Shown here: positions 57,677-64,000 of the stretch, piece after piece
Layout: every line of letters begins with the position of its first letter
Numbering within the stretch: position 1 is the stretch's first letter
Position numbers and translations under genes: made by a program
The notes under the pieces: model-generated
Told to the model about the DNA's origin: nothing
The model's input: only the letters and a program-made list of their open reading frames with translations
The model's database searches: none
NCBI GenBank assembly: GCA_020852855.1
Contig: JADZAA010000085.1
Span: 10,713-74,712 of the forward strand
Source: Bacteroidota bacterium
GTDB lineage: Bacteria; Bacteroidota; Ignavibacteria; Kapaibacteriales; UBA961
Length of the DNA stretch: 64,000 nt
Direction of reading: 5' to 3'

Positions 57677-58624
57677 CTACCGTTTCATTTTCCATTTTAC
57701 AGTCTGCCCATGACGAGGCGTTTTTACTTGCGAGGCAACGGGAATGTTTCCTACGATAGAAAGTGTTTCTCTCTTTTTTCTCGAAAAAGACGGATTCTTC
57801 AAAAATAAAGTCAATAAAGCGGCTAAAAGAATAAAAAACATGGATACTTCGAGCCAATATTGCAAAGGATGTATCCATATTTCCTCAAATGTTCCCCAGC
57901 GGCCAAGCACTTCTATAAAATTCCAGAAAATAATAACTGTGGGTATGGCGTATCGAACTGCATAATCGAAAGTTTGGATTTTCACCAGGTGCGCGATCAG
58001 ATAAAGCGACCAAATCAATGAACCCCAAGCAACAATATGCGTAGCCGGATGATTGTCGCCTGCAATGTTATTGTCGTACACGACCAGCAACAAGATATAG
58101 AAAAACCAAATAATTACAATCGTTTCGCTAAACGAGGCCAAGGAAACAGGTTTCTTGAATCCGGTTTGATCCAATATATCTTTTCTCAGCCCGAATGCTT
58201 TTTGCAACCAAATAAAAAGCGAGCAATTAGTTCGGGTAAATAAATAGATGAGAGTTATCGTAGCCAGTAATCCTATTGACGATAACATAACTAAATATTC
58301 GGGCTTTGTGGCTATTTCTCCGTGCTCCATAAGCGGCGCCACATTATATCTTTCGGCCGCCCAAACAAATGAAAATTCAATCCAGCCTGTCCAAACCAAT
58401 ATACCGCCAAGCAAGCCCATAATGGTGGCAAATGTAGGCTGTTCGTTCTTTTTCACTCCCCAAATAAGTAAAGCTACGCCTGCAACTCCCATCAAGGCCG
58501 CACCTATAAGCTTATATTCTACCAGCAGTTTTTCGTTCAATACCATTATGGCATGGCCTATCGGCATGAGCAAAAGTACTAATAGAAAAGAGAAAAAGCC
58601 GTTCTTTAACCCGTTTATATTCAT
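57677..58624 (-). CDS. Polytopic membrane protein, function unknown
   Basis: About 8 predicted TM helices. No motif I recognise. Codon usage is consistent with its neighbours. Confidence 0.45.
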   Translation of the reverse strand: MNINGLKNGFFSFLLVLLLMPIGHAIMVLNEKLLVEYKLIGAALMGVAGVALLIWGVKKNEQPTFATIMGLLGGILVWTGWIEFSFVWAAERYNVAPLMEHGEIATKPEYLVMLSSIGLLATITLIYLFTRTNCSLFIWLQKAFGLRKDILDQTGFKKPVSLASFSETIVIIWFFYILLLVVYDNNIAGDNHPATHIVAWGSLIWSLYLIAHLVKIQTFDYAVRYAIPTVIIFWNFIEVLGRWGTFEEIWIHPLQYWLEVSMFFILLAALLTLFLKNPSFSRKKRETLSIVGNIPVASQVKTPRHGQTVKWKMKR

Positions 58625-58868
58625 TGTGTCGGAAACGCGATTAATGTCTTACAACAACTATTTGCCGCTACTAAACAATACAAATATACACTTTATTCGG
58701 AATTAGTCCAAATAAGAATTGATATACTCGCTTTTGCTTAACTCAAAGCGCGTACAACCGTAGGAACAATACGACAAAAACCGTTATATTTGAGCGGTGG
58801 TTGCTTCTCGTAAAAAGTAAATTCGAGAAAAGTAACCGGATTTAGGCACATTAAAATTTATAATTGCA

Positions 58869-59480
58869 ATGAAAGAATTCTGGAACGAGCGTTTCGGCCG
58901 CAACGACTATGTATACGGTGCATCGCCGAATGAATATTTCAAAAAGAAAATCGCCGGCTTGGCGGCGGGCAGAATATTATTTCCTTGCGAGGGAGAAGGT
59001 CGCAATTCGGTTTATGCGGCAAGTTTAGGCTGGGAAGCCGAAGCGTTCGACCAAAGCGAAGCCGGCAAAAAGAAAGCTGAGGCTCTTGCCCAAAAAAGCG
59101 GTGTGCGAATATGTTACACGGTTGCCGACGCAGAGGAAATAGAATATCCCGCAGGTCATTTCGATGCGATAGCTTTGATTTACTCGCATTTTCCCGAAGA
59201 AAAAAGAAAAGCGTATCATCGGAAATTGTGTTCTTTCTTGAAAAAAGGCGGTTACTTGATATTGGAAGGATTCGGCAAACGCCAAACTGAATATCAAAAA
59301 GCCAATCCCAATGCGGGCGGCCCGCGTGATACGGGAATGTTGCTTAATCTCGAAGAATTACGCGATGACTTTGCAGGCTTCGATATGACGGATGCCTGCG
59401 AAACGGAAGCTATTTTGAACGAAGGCGAATTTCACCAAGGGGAATCTTTTGTCGTTAGGATTTTTGGCGTAAAAAGGTAG
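58869..59480 (+). CDS. Class I SAM-dependent methyltransferase (TehB/TPMT-like)
   Basis: Motif I ILFPCEGEGRNSVYAA (E/DxGxGxG-like). Acidic motif II region. 203 aa. Confidence 0.65.
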   Translation: MKEFWNERFGRNDYVYGASPNEYFKKKIAGLAAGRILFPCEGEGRNSVYAASLGWEAEAFDQSEAGKKKAEALAQKSGVRICYTVADAEEIEYPAGHFDAIALIYSHFPEEKRKAYHRKLCSFLKKGGYLILEGFGKRQTEYQKANPNAGGPRDTGMLLNLEELRDDFAGFDMTDACETEAILNEGEFHQGESFVVRIFGVKR

Positions 59481-59562
59481 AACTACAGCCCATGCGCGAA
59501 GCCCTCGAACGTTAAATCAACCTACTTTAAACGGTTGCTTTTCTAAAATAGCGGTAAATTTA

Positions 59563-60330
59563 TTATTTTGCCGCTTGTGTTTCGAGATTTGCAAAATCGT
59601 TGCGAAAGCGGCCGGCCGGATAGCGTTTCAGGTATAATTCGGCGAAATTGTGCGCTTCGGCGAATCTTTTGCCCAAAACAAGAAGCTCCATTTTACCAAG
59701 GTAGGCCGGCTCGCAGAATTCGGTGTCCGGATAATCGTCAATCACCATTTCGTAATAGGATATTGCGGCGCGATTATACGTCATTTTGCGATAATTTTCG
59801 GCAGCATTAAAATCTCGGTGTGCTAACTTGCCGCGCAACCCCGTAATTTTCGCACCGGCTGCGTCCGCCAGCGAATCTGTAGGAAAAATCGCCTGAAATT
59901 CAGAAAATCCCGCTATTGCCTTGCGCGTATAGTCTTGGTCGCGGTCGAACGGCGGCGAAAGTTCGTAATAGCACATTGCAGTTTTATAGACCGACATTTT
60001 AACGAAATCACTGTTCGGATAGTTGCGACGAATCATACCGAAATTGAAAGCCGCAAGAATATACTCGCCTTTACGGTAATGCGACTCGCCCAAATAATAT
60101 TGCGCGTCGTCGGCATAAGGCGTAGCCGGAAATTGCAAACGAATAACGTCGAACAGACGCTGTGCCTCCGGATAATCTTCGTCGTCGAGAGCCGCCATAC
60201 CTTGCTTGAAAATCGAGGCTGCATCGGGGGTGATTTTACGTTGCGAAGACGAGCAACCGCCTGCCCAAAATCCGGCAAAGCATATAAAAAACAAGAGTAG
60301 GAGAGAGGACTTTAACGATGAATGTTCCAT
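59563..60330 (-). CDS. bamD: Outer membrane protein assembly factor BamD-like TPR lipoprotein
   Basis: Lipobox GGCSS after a signal peptide. Five TPR-like helices with the YYLGESHYRKGEY pattern characteristic of BamD/YfiO. Confidence 0.7.
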   Translation of the reverse strand: MEHSSLKSSLLLLFFICFAGFWAGGCSSSQRKITPDAASIFKQGMAALDDEDYPEAQRLFDVIRLQFPATPYADDAQYYLGESHYRKGEYILAAFNFGMIRRNYPNSDFVKMSVYKTAMCYYELSPPFDRDQDYTRKAIAGFSEFQAIFPTDSLADAAGAKITGLRGKLAHRDFNAAENYRKMTYNRAAISYYEMVIDDYPDTEFCEPAYLGKMELLVLGKRFAEAHNFAELYLKRYPAGRFRNDFANLETQAAK

Positions 60331-60556
60331 TGAAATCTGTAATGCGGAATTACGCCCGCAACGGTGAAATGCGACAAAATAAAGCGCGAAACCGGCAATT
60401 TATGTATTATGCGAATTGTCCACGAAGCAAACTATGTCCTTATTGCCCGAACAACCGAATGTTCATATCGAAAACTATTACACTCTGCTGTTGAATCAGC
60501 CGGATAAAAAAGCGGCGCCTTTTACAAAGTGCCGCCCCGGAATCCGAAAATAAACT

Positions 60557-61720
60557 CTAAGAAAAGGCCTGTATACCGGTAATGTCAGCACCTAAAATAA
60601 GAGTGTGAATGTCGTGCGTTCCTTCATAAGTACGTACAGATTCGAGGTTTGCTGCATGGCGCATCACGGGATATTCGTCCAAAATACCGTTTGCTCCGTG
60701 AATATCGCGTGCGATTCGCGCGGCTTGAATGGCTATATCCACATTATTACGCTTGGCAAGCGACACTTGATTCGGATTCATTGTACCGGCATCTTTCATT
60801 CGGCCGAGTTGATAGCACAGCAGTTGAGCTTTTGTAATTTCCGACAGCATCCACACCAATTTTTCCTGCACAAGCTGGAACGAAGCAATAGGTTTACCGA
60901 ATTGAATGCGCGATTTGGCGTAGTCCAAAGCCGAATGATAAACGCCTGTTGCGGCTCCTATTGCTCCCCAAGAAATGCCGTACCGCGCTTGCGTAAGGCA
61001 GCTTAGCGGGCCGCGCATACCTTTGATGTTAAGCATATTTTCGGCCGGGACTTCCACATCTTGAAAAATCAGTTCGCTGGTTATGGAAGCGCGAAGCGAA
61101 TGTTTGCCTTTCATTTCCGGTGCCGAAAAGCCTTTCATTCCTTTTTCGACCAGAAATCCGTGAACTATGCCGTCTAATTTTGCCCAGACTACTGCCACGT
61201 CGGCCAGTGTGCCGTTTGTAATCCACATTTTTGCACCGTTGAGCAAGTAGCCGCCGTCTGTTTTTACGGCTGTGGTAATCATTCCGGTCGGATTTGAGCC
61301 GTAATCGGGCTCCGTCAGCCCGAAGCAGCCAATTGCTTGTCCGGCCGCAAGTTTCGGCAGCCACTTACGGCGAATATCTTCCGAACCATACGTATAAATC
61401 GGATACATAACGAGCGAACTTTGCACCGAAGCAAACGAGCGTACGCCCGAATCGCCGCGCTCAAGCTCTTGCATTGCCAGACCGTAGCAAATATTGTTCA
61501 TGCCCGCACAGCCGTATTCCTGCGGAAGTGTAATGCCGAAAACGCCGAGGCCGGCTAATTTTTCAACCAAATCCATCGGGAATGTTCCGGCGCGATAATG
61601 CTGTTCAATAATCGGCAATACTTCCGCATCAACAAAGTCCGATACTGTTTCGCGTGTCAGTTTTTCCTCCGGTTCAAGCATATCGTACAGATTATAATAA
61701 TCTACGGGCTGAAATGCCAT
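60557..61720 (-). CDS. gcdH: Acyl-CoA dehydrogenase, glutaryl-CoA dehydrogenase-like
   Basis: ACAD N-terminal, middle and C-terminal domains. Active-site region RTYEGTHDIHTLILG with catalytic Glu. GCDH-like GLTEPDYGSNPTGMITTA. Confidence 0.8.
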   Translation of the reverse strand: MAFQPVDYYNLYDMLEPEEKLTRETVSDFVDAEVLPIIEQHYRAGTFPMDLVEKLAGLGVFGITLPQEYGCAGMNNICYGLAMQELERGDSGVRSFASVQSSLVMYPIYTYGSEDIRRKWLPKLAAGQAIGCFGLTEPDYGSNPTGMITTAVKTDGGYLLNGAKMWITNGTLADVAVVWAKLDGIVHGFLVEKGMKGFSAPEMKGKHSLRASITSELIFQDVEVPAENMLNIKGMRGPLSCLTQARYGISWGAIGAATGVYHSALDYAKSRIQFGKPIASFQLVQEKLVWMLSEITKAQLLCYQLGRMKDAGTMNPNQVSLAKRNNVDIAIQAARIARDIHGANGILDEYPVMRHAANLESVRTYEGTHDIHTLILGADITGIQAFS

Positions 61721-61914
61721 AATGCGTCCTTTTGATAATGAATTGCCGTGCAGAACACCTCGGCACGGTGAAAAATAGAGCGTATTTACCGCAAAATTAC
61801 GGAATTAAAGGTTAATTACGGGGTTATCTGCTGTCGGGATTTATTCGCCGCACCATATACAAGCGATTGTAAGACGGGTTAAACTACTAAAAGGAGCTTT
61901 TATAATGGTTGAAT

Positions 61915-63123
61915 TCAAAAAGGCATCAACGATTTCTTTAGGCCTACGCGAGTAATAATTGTTTGTTTTTTTGCTGCAAAAAGCAAACTGCCGTCGGGCG
62001 CAATCGCAGGATTCAGGTTTAAGTCCGGTGCATCTTCCATTGAAAAAACGTTCTGCACGACCCCCGAATCATTCACGGCATATATTCCGTAAGCAGTGCC
62101 TTGAACGCCGGTAAGAACGGCATTTTTTTTCGAAAAAATAATCGGTGAAATTATCGGAAAGCGATAGTATAATTTCCACAATTCTTTGCCGTCGAAATTG
62201 AACGTGCGCACTGCCGTAATAGGCTCGCCCGTGCCGCTGTTCCAACTTACCGAGGCTACGGATTTATCCGAGGCGGATATTCGGCGCAAAGTGGCTTCGA
62301 GTGGAATACTGTGCAAAGTTTTTCCGGTAATGCTGTCAAGGGCAATAAGCCGTGGCGCCTTCATTGATCCGGCAGTGCTTTTTTCGCCTATCCACACGCC
62401 GGTGCCGGCAAATACGGGTGCCGCCGAGAACGTTGCATTCGCGGAGAAAGATGTCCATAAGTTTCGCCCGTTTTTATCAATGGCGAATAATGTGTCGGTA
62501 CGCCCCGAAAAATCGGCTGCCGGAATATAACAGATTTCAGTTCCGGCACATGGTGCGCCGGCTATACCGCCCGTAAATACACGCTGCCAAAGAATATCTC
62601 CCGTCTTTGAAATGAATGTCGCCTCGCCCCCATAAGTAGAGCAAAGCATACCGCCGCCGAAAGGCAGTACGGCAAAAAAGGCAGTAATACCTTTTGCTGC
62701 CGTTACTTGCGTTTTCCAACGACGATTCCCGTCAATGTCGAAAGAATAAACGGCACCGTCGGTTGCGGCACAATAGATATTTCTTTCGGCATCGGCGAAC
62801 ATTCCGGCCGAAATGAATCCGGCATCGAGTTTTGTTGCCCATTTTACATTGTTTCCGGCCGTAACAGCCAAAGTTCCGCCCCATGTAGCCGCAACAATAT
62901 AGACGGCATCCAATGGAAGCAACGGTGCGGAAATACCCGAAGTATCGTCAAGCGGGGGGCGTTCATTTACGGCGGCTTGCAACGTAAAAGCATCTATTTC
63001 GCGATAAAATTCCGTATGGTTCGGCCCGCCGGCAACGGAAACTTCGCTTGTCGTTCGGCCGCAAGAAATGCACAGCAAGGCGATTGCGCATACTCCGGCC
63101 GTAAATATAATTTTTTTAGACAT
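61915..63123 (-). CDS. PQQ-like beta-propeller lipoprotein (BamB-like fold)
   Basis: Lipobox LLCISCG. Repeated beta-propeller blades (YSFDIDGNRRW, FAIDKNGRNLW, FNFDGKELW). Start trimmed to the ATG at 63123. Confidence 0.55.
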   Translation of the reverse strand: MSKKIIFTAGVCAIALLCISCGRTTSEVSVAGGPNHTEFYREIDAFTLQAAVNERPPLDDTSGISAPLLPLDAVYIVAATWGGTLAVTAGNNVKWATKLDAGFISAGMFADAERNIYCAATDGAVYSFDIDGNRRWKTQVTAAKGITAFFAVLPFGGGMLCSTYGGEATFISKTGDILWQRVFTGGIAGAPCAGTEICYIPAADFSGRTDTLFAIDKNGRNLWTSFSANATFSAAPVFAGTGVWIGEKSTAGSMKAPRLIALDSITGKTLHSIPLEATLRRISASDKSVASVSWNSGTGEPITAVRTFNFDGKELWKLYYRFPIISPIIFSKKNAVLTGVQGTAYGIYAVNDSGVVQNVFSMEDAPDLNLNPAIAPDGSLLFAAKKQTIITRVGLKKSLMPF

Positions 63124-63158
63124 ATTCTCTGGTGTTTTGCGCAACTGAGCAACTCTCG

Positions 63159-64000
63159 TCAGTCAAGCATTACTACTGTTCCGAATTGCCGTTTGCCGCC
63201 GAGATTTACCGAGACAATATACACACCGGCCGGAAGTTCGGAAAAATCAAATGTTTCCGAATTGTCGTTTGTTTCTATGCGTCTTCTGGCTACTACTGCG
63301 CCGAGCAATGACGATAAAGTAATTTCACCTGAAATTTGTAATTGTGACGCGGCCGATACGCGAAGTTTCTTATCTGCAAGCGAAGTAATTATTTCTTCGA
63401 CAGTAGTGTTTTCATTTGCCGATTGTGCCGATTCATCAAGCAGGTAAAATCCGCGCTCTGTTGCCATATAAACGAGTTCGTCGTTTTCACCTGCAAATTT
63501 TATCATCCAAGCATTACGGCGGATACTGTCAGGCCAAGGTATATTTTGGCCGGCATCTATCCATGTTGTACCTCCGTCGGTGGTATGTTTCACAATGCCG
63601 TAGCCCGGCACCCGTAACGGTGCGCCGTAGTCTTCGGTGTAGCCTCCGGCAAAAACGTCGTCCTCTCCGTTGCGGACACGTGCTGCTACAGTCCAAAAGC
63701 TGGTATCGGCAAATCCTATGCGTTCCCAAGAATATCCGCCGTCTTTCGTGCGAAATATGCCGCCGTTAGGTCTGTTAAGATAATAGAAGTAAGTTATGGC
63801 AGCGTAACCCACAAGCGGATCACGTTTGCTGAAAACTATTTGCGAAACTTCCGAATCATCGGCACTAATCGGCAACTGATTTGCGAATTTCCATGTTTTT
63901 CCCGAGTCCGCCGATATTTTAATGGCACCGCCTATCATACCGGCCACTATTATATTGGAGCTGTCGCGACGAATAGCCAATGTGCATAGATTCTCGTCGA
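63159..64000 (-). CDS. BNR/sialidase-like beta-propeller protein with a T9SS C-terminal sorting domain (5' end lies beyond the window)
   Basis: BNR-like motifs (S.DSGKTW, TKDGGYSW, TDGGTTW). C-terminal ETFDFSELPAGVYIVSVNLGGKRQFGTVVMLD matches the Por secretion tail. The reading frame continues past position 64000. Confidence 0.55.
   Translation of the reverse strand, partial: DENLCTLAIRRDSSNIIVAGMIGGAIKISADSGKTWKFANQLPISADDSEVSQIVFSKRDPLVGYAAITYFYYLNRPNGGIFRTKDGGYSWERIGFADTSFWTVAARVRNGEDDVFAGGYTEDYGAPLRVPGYGIVKHTTDGGTTWIDAGQNIPWPDSIRRNAWMIKFAGENDELVYMATERGFYLLDESAQSANENTTVEEIITSLADKKLRVSAASQLQISGEITLSSLLGAVVARRRIETNDNSETFDFSELPAGVYIVSVNLGGKRQFGTVVMLD

Overview
This 64 kb window is a gene-dense bacterial chromosomal segment of roughly 50% GC, and almost all of it is housekeeping or envelope genes rather than an obvious accessory island. 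Recognisable core genes include adk, rsmG, a complete pstSCAB-phoU operon, dnaE, malQ, gatC, lgt, holA, corA, ptsN, gcdH and bamD, plus a tRNA-Ser(CGA)/tRNA-Leu(CAG) pair. At least three proteins end in a C-terminal sorting domain of the Por/type IX secretion (T9SS) kind, and a canonical flagellin gene is present. Together these suggest a flagellated member of the Fibrobacteres-Chlorobi-Bacteroidetes (FCB) superphylum, Ignavibacteria-like; this is inference from sequence features only. The only mobile DNA is a roughly 690 bp internally deleted IS4-like remnant with intact 12 bp terminal inverted repeats. No CRISPR array, integrase, reverse transcriptase or recognisable toxin-antitoxin or defence operon was found. 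The loci most worth follow-up are: (i) a split Aer-like aerotaxis module made of two tandem FAD-PAS paralogs and a sensorless MCP; (ii) a 766-aa secreted glycine-rich repeat protein co-oriented with a GT2 glycosyltransferase and an outer-membrane beta-barrel gene; (iii) a 1218-aa predicted T9SS-substrate adhesin with six cysteine-containing tandem repeats; (iv) a PstC carrying a duplicated acidic 46-aa insertion; and (v) an ATGA-coupled FolM-like SDR / LOG / SirB1-like operon. All functional calls rest on motif recognition by eye, not on database searches.
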